This document shows, piece after piece, positions 11,989 through 25,773 of a stretch of 64,000 bases of DNA; the first letter of the stretch is position 1, and each line of letters begins with the position of its first letter. Position numbers and translations under genes: made by a program. This DNA is from Strigamia acuminata. Taxonomy: Eukaryota. Location: contig OX442314.1 of NCBI GenBank assembly GCA_949358305.1, forward strand, positions 18,786,001 through 18,850,000, read 5' to 3'. The notes beneath the pieces are model-generated. The model saw only the letters and a list, made by a program, of their open reading frames with translations. It did not search any database and was not told the origin of the DNA.

Positions 11989-14030
11989 CTTTAAAAGTTT
12001 CTTAACTAAAACAAACACATTGCAGTTCATCTAATCAATCAAAATCCAAATAAACAACACGAAAAAAAATAACTCAAATTCACCTTTACCTTTACTAATC
12101 AAGTTTATGTCTTTTTTTTTATAGCATTGCAGTTCTAAAAAAATAAATAAATAAAATAGACTTATAAATATATATAAAAGCATTTCCTGTGACCTTTTCG
12201 CTTGGAAAATAACCTTCCCTTGACACATCTGGTATCATTAGTTATTAAATGACAAAACAGTTGTATTTTGAGCTTGTTCTATATGTTACACACTCAAATC
12301 AATTCCAGATTAAACAATTATTCAACCTGTATGAAGCAGTAAAGCGCATATTTAATATTAAAGTATTAAAATTTAAAATAAAAACCATAAAACCCTCTTT
12401 AATACATTTATCTCCTTTATTATGTTACGCTAAAATACTCATGCCATTGCATCGATTAGGTTACCTCATACGGTAGGCACCTAAAATTACTCACCGAGGG
12501 ATCAATAACGTAAAAAGGTAAAATGCTTTGTCTATTTTGCCACTGCAAATTGAATAGTGTGTGTGGCTTAAACATTAATTTTCTTTGTTTTGTGCGTTTT
12601 GTTTTGTTTTTAAATTTTACCACCATTCTTCCGGATTCGAACATTCACAAAATTGTGAAATGTAAGCGATCGCTACACTGCACGTATTGCTGACTTAAGA
12701 TAATTTGCATTTTTCATATTTTTAAAGATAAAAAAAAATTTCAAGCAAATTAAAAATGAATTTTTTCACATTTTTCGTACAAATACCTGTTGTTTTTTTC
12801 GCAGTTATCGCCCTTTTCTTCATCCCACATGATTGCATAGAGAAAATCACGAATAGAATTGGCAAAAGACCTCCAAAATGTGCTATAGAAATATTTGTTC
12901 TCCTATCCCTTGCCAATCTGTTTGAAGAAAAAAGGATTGTTTGCAGAGTCCTCATTCATCCTTTACCGTGACAATAAGCATGCAACGAGAAGGAAAAAAT
13001 AACATTTCTTATGTTTCAATTCCTCTAATAGAGGGCGTGCAATGTTTTACGACATTGTATCTGATAACGTAATTCGGATCTTGACATTTGTTGACAACCA
13101 TCTTTAAATTCCGGTACAATGTTGATGATCGAGAAACTATGATGCAAGTGGTTGTAAACGACAAGTAATGACGTCAGTAAACAATTCTAACCCGTATGGC
13201 ACAATATTGAATTGATTTATTTTTTAGTACTAGTATGTTTTCTTTCCTTTTCTTATCAAACGTTTTATCACCAATAATGTCGAAATTAGCATTTGGTTTG
13301 GTCAAAAAAATTAAATACAAGGTGGCAAAATTTATTACTTATTTTATATATGCATTAAGATTTATGGAAGAGATAAAAAAAATCAAATGTAACAGTATCA
13401 ATTTAGAAAGAGGTATCCATTTTCTGAGTGTAGTGAGAATCTGAATTAAACATAAATACTTCTGGTATGGTTTGTTTGGCCATTGTCCATCGATCATTTT
13501 GAGGCTTATTTGATAACACTGTGTTTAATTTGTCTGTTTTTGGCTTTATTCCAGTTGCTGGCAGTTGGTTTTAAAGCTAAAAATTGATTTTTCACTCACT
13601 CATTCTCATCGGCACCAAAGTTTGACCTAGTTTTGAATTTTCGGACAAAAAGATAGGAGAAAAATCTAAGTTTTTAAATTTTTTTAAATTGAAAAGATTT
13701 TATTTTACTTTTAAAAACAAGCTTCATGTGGAACATAAAGAGGCTAAACATTTAGCATTCATAAGTTTGCTATTGTTTTTTAAACCATTGTAAAAATATT
13801 AGGAATAATTTGTACATTTGGCTGTTTTTGAAAAAATAAAAAAATTAGTAAACAATGCGGGAAAATTTTTACCGTTTTTGATTTTCTTATTTTGCAACGG
13901 TTCAATGTATCTATTTTTTTTTAAACCATAAACATAGTAACACTGAAATACAGAAACACATTCAGTCCCTCGCGCTTGTTCATCAAATCACCACAGCATG
14001 TGTTGGGCGCTGCTGTGTCTTCTCTCCAAA

Positions 14031-15096
14031 ATGGCGGAAAATAGCCGCATGAAAAACAATCCGGTGAATTCCGATGATATCGGCGATTGGCAGATTGATT
14101 TTTCTACTTTTTCCGTTTACCTGGCAATTTTTGTCGTTTTTTTAACCATATGTAAGTTCGTAAGGAACATTTGAAATTAAAACATAAAGAAATCGTTTCC
14201 AACCTAAACAGATTGTTTATTCCAAGATTTATTTTTTATTTCTTTTTATTTTTCAGTGATATACTTTATCGCTCGACGACAGAAAAATCTTAGGAAAAGT
14301 ATACTCCTAATAGGTTTATGTGAATCCGGCAAAACATTGCTCTTCTCTCAACTCGTTCACGATCGTTTCGTGCTAACTCACACCTCAATCAAAGAAAATG
14401 TTGGAACTTATTATCCACAAAAGAAGGCAAATTTAACGCTACATTTTTGTTATTTACTAAATATATGATTTTATCTCATCAAATTTATAGAGCTCGCTTA
14501 AAATTATTGACATTCCCGGCCACGAACGACTCCGAATGAGATTTTTTGATAACGTAAAATCAACAGCACGTGGAATTATATTTGTCATCGATAGTCTGAC
14601 ATTTCAAAAGGAATTGAAAGACATTGCTCAGTAAAATACGGGTGGAATATCCATATAAAGATAAATATTAATTTTTTTTATATTATATAGGTTTTTGTAT
14701 TATATTCTCGCTGACGCAGTTGTTGTAAAAAACAATCCAAGATTTCTTATTTTGTGTAACAAGCAAGATCAAACTATGGCCAAGTCTTGGAGCGTAATTA
14801 AGTCTCAGCTGGAAAAAGAAATGTAAACAAATTTTTAACAATTTTAAAAGTGTTAATATTTCATTTCTTGCGTGTCTCGTTTCAGCAACTTACTTCGTGT
14901 AACAGAATCTGCAACTTTAGATACAACTTCGACTACAGCTAGCAACGCATTCTTGGGAAAACGAGGGAAAAATTTCGAATTTTCACATCTAGCACCTCTG
15001 TACGTTGATTTTCTCGACTGCAGTGCTCACGGGAATGATGAAACACTAAAAGCAGACTTAACTGAAGTCGAAAAATGGATACAAAAAATTGCCTGA
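14031..15096 (+). CDS. SRPRB: Signal recognition particle receptor subunit beta
   Basis: N-terminal TM, P-loop GLCESGKT, DIPGHERLR, IIFVIDS, CNKQD, LGKRGKNFEFSHL and C-terminal EKWIQKIA*. Five exons, one GC-AG intron. Confidence 0.95.
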
Positions 15097-15386
15097 CGAT
15101 GTACTTACCTATGTACAACAATTTCATTTTTGATATTAATAAAAAAAAAATTTTAAAAACGTAAAATGCGTGAAACTACTTACTCAGTTCAAGAAATCTT
15201 TAAGTACTAAATGAAAGTGTCAATTGTATTATTTATTAAAATAATTTTCTTACAAAAGACTAATAAATGAGTCGTTAAAAAAATGACTTTTCTGGGTCAT
15301 TTATATGAGAAAAGAGTTATATTGCTTCAATCATTATCCAATTCATCTCAGCCATTCCCTCCAACGAGACTTCAACTTCAGTCTTG

Positions 15387-15399
15387 GTTGCCTAGCAAC
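15387..15399. promoter_or_regulatory. RFX X-box (GTTGCCTAGCAAC) upstream of KLHL17
   Basis: Canonical X-box about 76 nt upstream of the putative ATG. Confidence 0.55.
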
Positions 15400-15474
15400 G
15401 GCCCATAACGTCACAACAGATCAATAAACCACCATTGTGTCCACAATATCCTAGTATTTTCATTTTGCTGCAAA

Positions 15475-18026
15475 ATGGATTTAGAGGAACCCAACAACAG
15501 TCTTGAAAACGGGTAAATAATTCAGTCATTGCAATTAATAACGCACTGTGCACGCTTAATTTAAAATGCAAAAATATGATTTAGAAAAAAAAAAGTAATA
15601 AAAGCAAAAAAAGAGGCTCGAGATGCTTCACGGCATAACATGCGTGTGTTTTTAGACATACACCTGTTCAGTCGCCGCCGCCCTCACCTAGACCGAACCA
15701 CGTTTATCACCAAACTGCTGGCCATCATGCAAATGCATTTTCAGCAATTCAAAAAATGAGACAAAACGGACAACTATGCGACATACGGTTAATAGTAGAT
15801 CAAGTGACCCTTTCCGCTCATAAAGTAATATTGGCAGCTAGTAGTGCCTATTTTTATGCAATGTTTAATCGTAAGTATAAATTTTTTTTTTTTTTTTTTT
15901 TAAAAATTTCAATTCATTTTTTTATTTTTTCACAAGACGAAATGGCGGAAAAGCATCAAACCGAGGTCGTTCTGCACGACATGGATTTTCTAGCAGTGCA
16001 ACAACTAGTTGACTTCGCTTATTTGGGTGAAATAACAATAACAGAAGAGAACGTTCAGGTATTTAAGAAAAACAAAAATTCTTAAATTTTTTTATAAAAA
16101 AAAAATCCCAAATCAACCAGGTTCTTTTGCCAGCCGCAAGTCTATTGCAAATGACAGCAGTGAGAGATGCCTGCTGCACATTTTTATTGCGCCAACTCGA
16201 CCCAACTAATTGTTTAGGAATAAGAAGCTTTGCAGACACCCACGCGTGCAAGGAACTGCACCACCATTCGCACCGCTATGCACTAAACAACTTCGAAGAA
16301 GTTGTTCAAACGGAAGAATTTCTTTTGCTCAGCTCTCACGAGGTCGAAGAACTGATATCCAGCGACCAATTGAACGTATCCTCCGAGGAAAATGTTTACT
16401 CTGCCATTATAGCTTGGATTAAACACGACCTACCAAATAGAATTCAGTATACGGCTCAGGTAAGACTCCATCCGTTCTCCTACCCACAACTTTTCTATTA
16501 AAATACATTCGATCCATCAGATGGTCCAACACGCGAGGCTTCCACTTATTTCTAGAGACTTCCTTCTCAATTACGTAGACAGCGAGCCTTTAGTACGAGG
16601 CAATGCTGAATGCAAAGACTTCCTATTGGAAGCACTAAGGTATCACGTAGTGCCGGAACATAGAGGCAATTCCGTGAGCCTACGAACAACGGAGCGAAAA
16701 CCAGACGGAATGAGACCATATCTATTCGCAGTTGGTGCGAATGTCAACTCCCAAGTCGACACTGTATAAATAATCGATAATTTTCTAGGTGGAGGCAGCT
16801 TATTTGCCATTCACAGCGAGTGTGAATGTTACAATCCTGTAACAGATCGCTGGTCCGCGGTAGCTCCTATGTTGTATAGAAGGTCCCGAGCTGGCGTAGC
16901 GGCTTTGGGGCGTCTGCTATACGTCGTGGGAGGGTGAGCACTGAGCAACATTTAAAGAAAAAATCAAACAATTTGTTTCTTTTACTCATTGCCCTTGATT
17001 CTAGCTATGATGGCGCAAGCGATCTAACTTCGGGTGAATGTTACAACCCTGTGACTAACAGATGGGCGCTTATTACCAACATGGGAACACGAAGGAGTTG
17101 TTTAGGTGAAACATTAATTGTCCGATTCTCACGTTTTTCGATTAATTCTATTCGAATTAATGTGTCGCAGGAATGTGCTCATTGCATGGCCTTTTGTACG
17201 CTGCTGGTGGTTACGATGGAGCTTCTTGTCTTAACAGTGTGGAACGATATGATCCTTTGGTTCACACGTGGGCAGCGTCACCAGCGATGATAACGAGGCG
17301 CCGTTACTGTCGACTCGCTATCATAGGCAAGTTGGAGTCAGAACAATACCATTCATTCGATTCAATACATTGATTATCTACTGTAGAGGGCTGCATTTAC
17401 GCTGTTGGTGGGTTCGATGGAAATCATTATCAAGCTAGTATGGAGCGACTGGACCCTAGAGTAAGTATAAATACAATTTAATATTAAATAGTCAAATAAG
17501 TTTACTTTTATCTCGGTTTCAGATGTCCAAATGGATGCCAGTTACAGCAATGTTGAGTCAACGAAGTAGCTGCGGCGTTGCTCCTTTAGATAGCATGCTG
17601 TATGCAGTTGGTGGCAATGATGGCAACACCTGCACCAACACGGCCGAACGTTACAACCCAAGACGAAACGGGTGGGAAAATGTGTCGTCGATGCAATCTC
17701 GCCGGTAAATTATTTATTTATTTACTTATTTATTTGAGAATTAATTTTTTTTTTGCAGATCTACTCACGAAGTGGTCGAAATGAATGGATTCTTGTACGC
17801 AATAGGTGGAAACGACGGTAGTTCAAGTTTAAACAGTGTCGAAAGATACGATCCTCGTGCCAACAAGTGGATTTTAGTAACTTCGATGCTTTCCCGCCGA
17901 AGCAGCGTTGGGGCCACTGCATTGTATTGTACCAACCAGGAAAAAGTCTTCGCCGCCGATAAGTGTTCTCAGAACGGAACCGCTTCAAGAAGGAACCAGA
18001 TTCAAAAGTTTTTGTCATCGTTTTAA
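15475..18026 (+). CDS. KLHL17: Kelch-like protein 17 (actinfilin): BTB-BACK-6x Kelch
   Basis: BTB LCDIRL..SAHKVILAASSAYFYAMF, BACK LDPTNCLGIRSFAD, and KLHL17-type LFAVGGGSLFAIH, MGTRRSCLG, GGYDGASCLNS, RRSTHE and GGNDGSSSLNS. Exon 1 is inferred. Confidence 0.92.
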
Positions 18027-18568
18027 ACAATTTTACCTCAAACGAATCCTGAATGTCAGACATTATGAAATGACGTCTCTTCCATTTCAAGTATTAAATA
18101 TTTTTATCTCTTATTAACACGTCAATATTTTTTTTAACTCGAATTAATTGATAAGAAACAAATCGTTATACGGTAGTCAAACAAAATTAATCGATGTAAT
18201 AATGTCATTAATTTTGTTAAAAATAACTCAATTAAAAAAAAAAACGAAAAACTCAATTTTCTTCAAACATCTTTAATGATAATTTGTTTCTCTCCACAAA
18301 AGTACTATTTAACTACAATTTCATTTGGAAGTTTGAAACAAAAATGTTAATTGTGTAATTATATACTTTTCTAAACCCATACAAATCTCTCTATCAACCG
18401 TCAATTATAAAGGGTGGCAGCAGCACTTTTAACACATGCTGGTTGTAAAGAAAGAAAAACAAAACAAATCAAAAATATAATTGCAATTTGTAATTATAAC
18501 TCGCGAAATGCTAAACTTAGTCCGGTAAAAAATACTTCATGATGCAATTTACAATTAAAGTATTTGAT

Positions 18569-20216
18569 TTACTTTCGTTTACCAGTTTGCAGTTTTTCCG
18601 CTGCCAAATCGAAATCCCGTTCACCTAAATTCAACATCAGAGAACCGGCGTTCAAGAAAACCCTATTTTGAGAGTTAGCAATCTGAAATAAAATGAATAA
18701 AAAACAATATAATATAATATCGAAAAAAAAAATACATAAAAACAATCTCACCGTTCTAGCGACATTCTGAGCGGCTCGGATCTTGCGCAGTTTCAAATAA
18801 CCTGGATTTAGACCAATTGCTTCACCCAAGTACACAAGTAAATTAAAGAAAAGTACAAAAGGATTTTTTAAAAATCCACACAAACTAATTAAAAATATTA
18901 CTCGATTCTATTATGTACCAGAGATATATTTTTTTACCATCAGATTACTAAAATATCAATCATTTATAACCCAGTTTTCCATTTAAATCCAAATATTTTC
19001 ATCCCCCCAGCCCTAAAATGTAGTTCCCCAGGTCTGCCAACGAAGTATACTTAATCTTCAATTGAACGTAAATGCCCGGAGAACTTGAGGTTTTCTATAG
19101 GTTTGCCTTTACAATGACATTGGACATTCTCATCAATGCCACCAAGATTCAAACCAAAATTTGGAAATAAAGGAAAAGCGAGAATCAGCAAAAGCATCAT
19201 CATCTGGCACTTGATTTTTTTTATCAATAAATAAAATCGATTTATGATTTAAGGATATCATTTTGGCAGCTTCAGCTTCTCCTTCTGCTTGGACTATTTT
19301 TTGTTGTCGCTCTTGTATCGCTTTTTCGACATAAAACTGGGCGCGCTGTGCTTCTTGATGTGCCACCTACAATTTATTTGTAAAAAATATATAGATTTAA
19401 CGAATTAATTCCTGTTATATTTACTTGTTTAGCTTCAACAGCTGCAGTGTATTCTTTGCCGAAGCTAAGTTCAGTTATAGACACATCGTCCAGTATAATA
19501 TTAAAATCCTTAGCGCGTTCGGTCAATTCTCTCCGGATAAGAAGCGATACTTGTTGTCTTTGAGTGATCAGCTGAGATGCATTGAATTTGGCCACGACAC
19601 TTTTAAGAACCTAAAGTTAAGTAAAATTAACTCAATTTTGGACGGGTTATATATCACCCATATAATTACTTCGTTACAAATGGATGGCAAAACACGTTCA
19701 TCGTAATCGGTACCAAGTTGGCGGTAAACGTGCGGTAACATTAACGCATCGGGTCTAGAAAGAACTCGGAGTGAAATATTCACCATTTGCAAATCTAGAA
19801 ACAAAGAAATTCAAGTGAAAAACGTACAAATTGTAAAAAATTGTATTAAAAACCTTTGCTTCCTGTGGGTGATGAAATTTTCCTCGGTCTTGAGCGAATA
19901 TCATAAATAATTGGATAATGAAACCAAGGGATACGGAAATGCAGTCCTTCGGTGAAAATAGTGCTTTTAATTCCACCGAGTCGACTAAAAATAATAGCTC
20001 GGTGACCACCGTCAACTGAAAGGAAATAAAATTAATTTATTAGGCTTATTTTTAGGGTTAGCGAACTTTTTTTTTTATCATACCAGTGAACATAGACTGC
20101 GACAAGCCGTAAGCACCACCACCCACAACTGCTAGCACTTTTAATCCTAAATTAAAAGCTTTTGGCCCTCCTTTGCCCAAAATATTTGATATATCGGGAA
20201 ATTTCTTTTGAGCCAT
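18569..20216 (-). CDS. PHB2: Prohibitin-2
   Basis: [98 protein letters not shown] at 20216. Confidence 0.97.
18830..19258 (-). other. U12-type AT-AC intron in PHB2
   Basis: The 5' site ATATCCTT directly follows ...AAA ATG (KM). Branch-like TTTCTTTAAT lies ~12 nt before the terminal AC. Splicing joins AAKM to LGEA in frame. Confidence 0.9.
18935..19209 (-). ncRNA. Composite box C/D-H/ACA scaRNA (U85/U89 family), predicted guide for U5 snRNA Cm45 and Psi46
   Basis: Terminal stem TGCCA/TGGTA, box C ATGATGA (19203-19197) and box D CTGA (18943-18940). Internal hairpin-ATAGAA(H)-hairpin-ACA with a UGAG CAB-like motif. Guide sequences are complementary to U5 loop I. Confidence 0.87.
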
Positions 20217-20394
20217 TTTCACTCAACCAGTAAAGACCATGCGGTGAGAGCTAATGAAGCAGTTCTTGAACTTGAACCGAAATCTGCAACGGATGTTGTA
20301 AACAAATTTTGACAGAATGTAAAAAATAGCATAGGTTCTGACGTCATATCATCTAAAAGCAATAAACAAGTTCTTATACTTAAACAACAACAAA
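20217..20394. promoter_or_regulatory. Bidirectional promoter PHB2/MRPL47
   Basis: Only 178 bp separate the divergent ATGs. A perfect CRE-like TGACGTCA lies at 20339-20346. Confidence 0.65.
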
Positions 20395-21521
20395 ATGGCG
20401 CACTTTTTGTGCAAATTTAGTAATATTTTTCCGCAGGTTACAAAAGCGGTTTTAACGTGTTACAAAACTACAACTTTTCTTTCAAAGTCACTTTTTAAGG
20501 AACATAAAAATGTAACTTTAAATTCGACACCACTTGTTAAATGTCGAGCATTTCACGCGACCAGTGTCAGACAAGATCTTTTGGAATTTTTCGATGATCC
20601 AAAAAATTGGGGCGAAACGGAGGTTAAAACTGGTAATATTTAAACCGAAATATTAACCGAAATATTCCTTATAAAATTAGTATTTTTGTAGGACGAACGT
20701 GGCGTCAAGACGACTTAAGAATTAAAAGCAATTCGGATTTACACAAACTATGGTTAAAAACAAGCGAAAAACTGTGTCGCTTTTCTGTTGCAAATGTTTG
20801 GCATTTCTTAAACACTTTTTTTAAATTTAGGTATGTTTTACTAAAAGAAAAAAATATGCTGCTTACCATGGAGGCAGAATGTAAAAGATCATCTGATGCG
20901 ATGGCCAGTCCTGAGCGAATTTATAAAGTAGTGTACTGTAATTACAAAGAATGTCGATTGGTGGTAAATCATTTCTTCTTGATAGGTAGAGGAAAGCATG
21001 AAAAATTTAGAGATTGTTGTTCGAGAACGAAATCGAGCGTACAATCTATTGGAAACGGGCCACGATGGAGAGAGACCGACGCAATTGGTTGAGAACGTCC
21101 TCGGTATTTAAATTTACTTTCATAATTTACGTTTTTCTTAATTATGTGAATTGTATTTTTTTTTAGGAATGCATCAATTCTATCGGTTAAGGGAACACAC
21201 AATTCCATTTTACATGAATAGGAAATGGCGAGAAAATTACAAATTTAACCATTGGGATCTGGCTCATGTATTTGAGTTTAAAAAGCGGTTACGAGAAAAA
21301 CATATCAAACAAAGAAACAAACAAAAAAGGTAATTTGGATTTGTGATTTTTTTTTATACGAATATATATATAAAGTTTCATTTCATCGTTTTCTTTCCAG
21401 TCTCTGTAAACAATACGTCAAAAGGATATTGAAGCAATATCCAAACGTGTCTGACGATTCTATTTTAGATAAGTATCCCGAGATAAACGTTACGAAAATA
21501 CGCAAAGAAATGGAGAAATGA
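20395..21521 (+). CDS. MRPL47: Mitochondrial ribosomal protein L47 (uL29m)
   Basis: Mitochondrial presequence, then [83 protein letters not shown]. Confidence 0.95.
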
Positions 21522-21668
21522 TTTTTTTCTTCTTTTTAAAATGTGCATTTATTAATTTAAACTGTATTTAACAAATAAAAAAAATGACTAGACTTGATGC
21601 TGGACTAGTGTTACTATTAAATTCATTCAAAACACGATTTGTATTTTATAAATAAATAAATTAATTAA

Positions 21669-24600
21669 TTAAACAGAAGCCTTAAGTTCTAATCCTTTAG
21701 TTATTATTTGATTACGAAGAAGCCTCGCTTGATGTTTATGACAACAGCGCTGCACAAACTCGAAATATTTCATTGGTTCATCAGTAGGCAAGAGATTCAG
21801 AAAAGCATCTAATGAAAGAATTTCAGCCAAGTGCGATAAGAGGACTGCAAATGCAAGATCAATTTAGAAAGACCTGAGATTGCACCAAATTATTATTTAC
21901 TTACGTTGCAAAGCGTCTTCAAACAATTTGAACTGTGGCGTGTTAGGAGCTGAATTTTCCAACTTAGCCATAATTGAATCCGTTATTATTTGCCACTACA
22001 ATAAATCATTTATTAAAAAAAAAATTTATAACAATTTACCTCGTCTTACCTTATCGGCATTATCTTCAAAACAATCTTTTCCGTACTGTATCAAAGCGGT
22101 TGGGTATTCGTCCGCTAACAGCATCACGGCGTCAGCTGGAGTCCCACTTAACACACGTAAGCCTAAGTCACCAAAACTGGTTTTTTGATCCAGAAACTCC
22201 ACTACTGTTTTGCCAACAGCTGACGGGCAATTATCGTTCGACATTAAAGACTGCAAACGTAACAAATCTTCATTGCATTCCCAGCATGGACAAGACACTG
22301 GTTTAGCGTTCGTTTTTGTTTTATTTATACATTGCTCGCGCAACGATCGACCTAAAATTTATTTCGTTAATTAATTAAAAAATTCGGTCAAAAATGTTAC
22401 CTTCAAAGGGAGGTAAGAAATTGAGCCAATTCGAACGCGGTCCAAATAAATTTAAAGCTCTCAATAACAACATTGCCTGAAAAAAAAAAGAAATTTTAAA
22501 TATGAAACTTAATTATTGTTTAAAACGTTTACTTGAGGCTTTGGTAGCGCAATCTCGACACTTCTATTTAAATAAATTTGAGCTAGCCATACAGATGCAT
22601 CGGACGCCCAAATATCTTGAACGTGGCCAGCAAATGTAACTAAATAAGACAAAATTTGAATCGATTCCACTTTGTTCTGACCAATTTCAATTACCTGTGA
22701 GTAAAGCTTCTAAAAATTCCTTCAAATGCGGAATCTTATGCACTTCAACATCGGGTGTTGCTTCCTGAAAATGCAAACTAATTAGGTAAATCGATTTAAA
22801 AGTGAATTAATAACACCTCTAAAACCTGAAACATGTGAAGAATATCATCAGCGGTGTAAATGTCGTTGTAAACCAACTCCAGCGTTACTTCCACAAAAAT
22901 ATCAGCACGCCAATTACGAATAAGCTGTCAAAAATGAATAATTTGTGTAGAACATTATTTAGAACAGAACGGGGGTCGGGGACTTGGTATTACTTTAGCA
23001 TAGGCAGAAAATGTTTTGTTTCGAGTTGACCAAACTTCGAAATTTTTAGCCAGAGTTTCAATGAGTCGTTCTTTCGGCAGTGTGGAGAGCAAATTAGTAA
23101 CTTGTTCACACTGATCGTTCATAACGCATAAATAACTTAAAGCTATTAAATCTTCTGGTAGTCTATGGGATAAAGAAATAACATTTATCTTATTATTAAC
23201 TAATAAACATTGGAGCGCCATTACGTACGCTTTCTTATTTATAATCCTTCGCTTCAAAACACTCGCAGCTTTCGTTGAATTTAATCCAGAAATTCGATCC
23301 TTAATTACAACCAAAGCAAGTTTGGCTGGTTCGTTGTCGGCGTATAAATCCAAAATTGTGTCCGCCATTTCCTAGACCCAAGAAAAAATTAGTTTTAAAA
23401 TTTATTTATTTTTAAAATTAAAATTTTTTTATTGAATATACTTCCGTCACTTGCACCGCATAACCCCTGTCTTCCAATAAAAATTGATTCAAGTACGACA
23501 TTAAGCCTTTTACGGGCAAAGGCATTGGATGTACCTAAATAACGAGACAAAATCTCAAATTATTACAATTTAATACGGTTCTATTCCATTTATTTCACTC
23601 ACCTGAGCCCACAAATTCATTACTCGGCTGACAACATCGGGAACCGGAGCTTCAGATGCAAGATAGTAAGAAACCGCCAATTTATTTTCTTCGCTATTTT
23701 CACTCCTAGCATAAAATCATCTCAATTCAATTACAAATTACAATTGAAAATATTTCATTGACCATACATTAGATAGAAATCACCTAATAAACAGCACGAT
23801 TCTTTAAACAAGTCCAGTATACTGTCGCCAGGTTCGTCGCGAACCATTACTTCGCCTCTTACGATACAATGAGCTTCTCCTAACAGCTGAACGTACGTCT
23901 GAGGACTTTTCTTACGATTTGTGGTCGCAATTTCCAACTGTCAAAAATTACAAATTAAAATATCAAGAGTATAATGTTTAATAGAAATCCGAATAAAGTA
24001 CCAGGTCGTGATAAAATTCTTCCGGCGAAGACTTAGTGATGGAATAAACTGTCCATCCATTACTATCAGATTCCTGACTAGACGATGATTCATCAGTACA
24101 TGTTGCCATTAGTACCAGTCTGTTTTTAGACAACACTATTTGTTCGATATTTAAAAAGGCTTGAAGTCCAACGAGACATACTGGGTCATCGAGAGGTGGC
24201 GGTGGCAACTGGTAAAAAAAATAAATTAAACTTTACTAAACCAAATAACCAAATAGTGCGAAATAAACAATTTACAATTGAGTCTTGGATAGGCAAATGT
24301 CTCAATGCAGCATGAATGGATCTCATGGTGTAGGTTTCTAATCCCGCTTCGGTGATGGCATGCAGCAGATGGTTTTCTATGGTGACGGCCCTAGCTGCTG
24401 ATGTGTAAGGATAGGAGGCAATGAGAAAAACACCGCCAATAAGATCGTATAAAAATCCCTTTTCGGGAGAACTAAAAAAGCAAGTTAAGCCGCAAAGTTG
24501 TGTGGCACGTTGTGAAGTTAACGGATTTTCCTCAGTATTCGCTTCTTGGTTAGCTAAGCCTAAAAAATAAAAAATAAAAATAAATAAATAAATAAATAAA

Positions 24601-25773
24601 AAAATAATTATTTTTCTACCTCTTTTGTACACTGGTATCAAGTGCAAAGAATGTAGACCAGTACTTATCTCATCCTCCAATGAAAAGTGTCTGTACAACA
24701 AAGTGATGGGAACAACCATCAACCCATTTTCCTCTACTAAATTGACCTCGACTGGAAAAGAAGTTGATGGTCCTAAAACTTCACGAAAAATGTCCGTCTG
24801 ATTATCGTTTGATTCGCGTTTTGACTGCGTTAACCCTGGCAACCGAATCACTAGTGGCCAGGAATCCGGATGGAGTTTTTCTTTCAGTTCTGCGTTGTTG
24901 TTCTGCGTTTCGTCAAACGACCACAACACAAAATTTTCATCTAACACGACATAATTGTCAAGATCCACTTCAAACGGTAATTTACATTCGAATGATTTAG
25001 CGACTACATCGTCCGATTTAGCTGTCGGTGTGGCGACCGGCGTTTCATTCGGACTTTCCATCGGATCGGGTTGAATTTTCAACTTGACGACGTGGAGTTC
25101 GTTAGGCGATAAACAAGCAATAACGTCTTCGCACAACGCCAAATGATGCGCGGAAAGCGATAACGTGATGTCAATCAGTGGTTCGAAATCGGGAAACGTT
25201 CTACGTGATATATCGTGAGTTTTTAAACAAAACCGAAACAAACTGACGACTTCTCCTAAGCCGACCGCTAAGTTTCCCGTTTCGTTGCACGTAGCGATGC
25301 AAAAAGCTTGTTTTTGAAGTGGAAGTTCGATCATTTCTAACAAATCCACACCCGACTGACTACTGGGTGTCACTCGACCGGCAATGCGCGCTCTCATCGG
25401 CTGTCCTTTCATGTCCACTTGCCAATTCAGGTAAACTCGAACGAATGATAAAACTGAAATGCGAGAAGCCCGTACTTCAAGTGCGCCGATGTAATGACCT
25501 AAAAAATCAACAAAAATGTTATTTTTCTCATTTGTTTACATTTAAATTATAATTTTTTTTACCTTTTCTACAATAAATCATTTGTTTCGCTTGATCGACG
25601 GTCGGAAATGAATGTAAACGTTTTCCTGGGTTCTGTAAATCCCGCACTTCGACGCAATGTTGTAAAGTGGCAACAAGAAGCAAATCATCTACGGTGCAAA
25701 GAGCCACAGGTTCCCCATCCACAGCGAATATATCTTGAGCCTGGAAGTGGTGGCAAGAAATCACCCGAACCAT
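21669..25773 (-). CDS. HPS3: BLOC-2 subunit HPS3
   Basis: Start MVRVISCHHFQAQDI, FPTVD, RVYLNW, RARIAGRV, CNETGNLAV, LLHAITEAGLETYT, LGEAHCIVR and C-terminal AFLNLLPTDE..YFEFVQRC. Stop TAA at 21669. Confidence 0.85.

Noticed and set aside
12722..12971. Overlapping 77-aa and 71-aa ORFs upstream of the LTR element
   Set aside because: No recognisable motif, and I could not splice them in frame to Hk.
24186..25418. 410-aa ORF as a standalone gene
   Set aside because: It is HPS3 exons read through a stop-free intron (the IIIFLFIYLFIFIFYFL segment).
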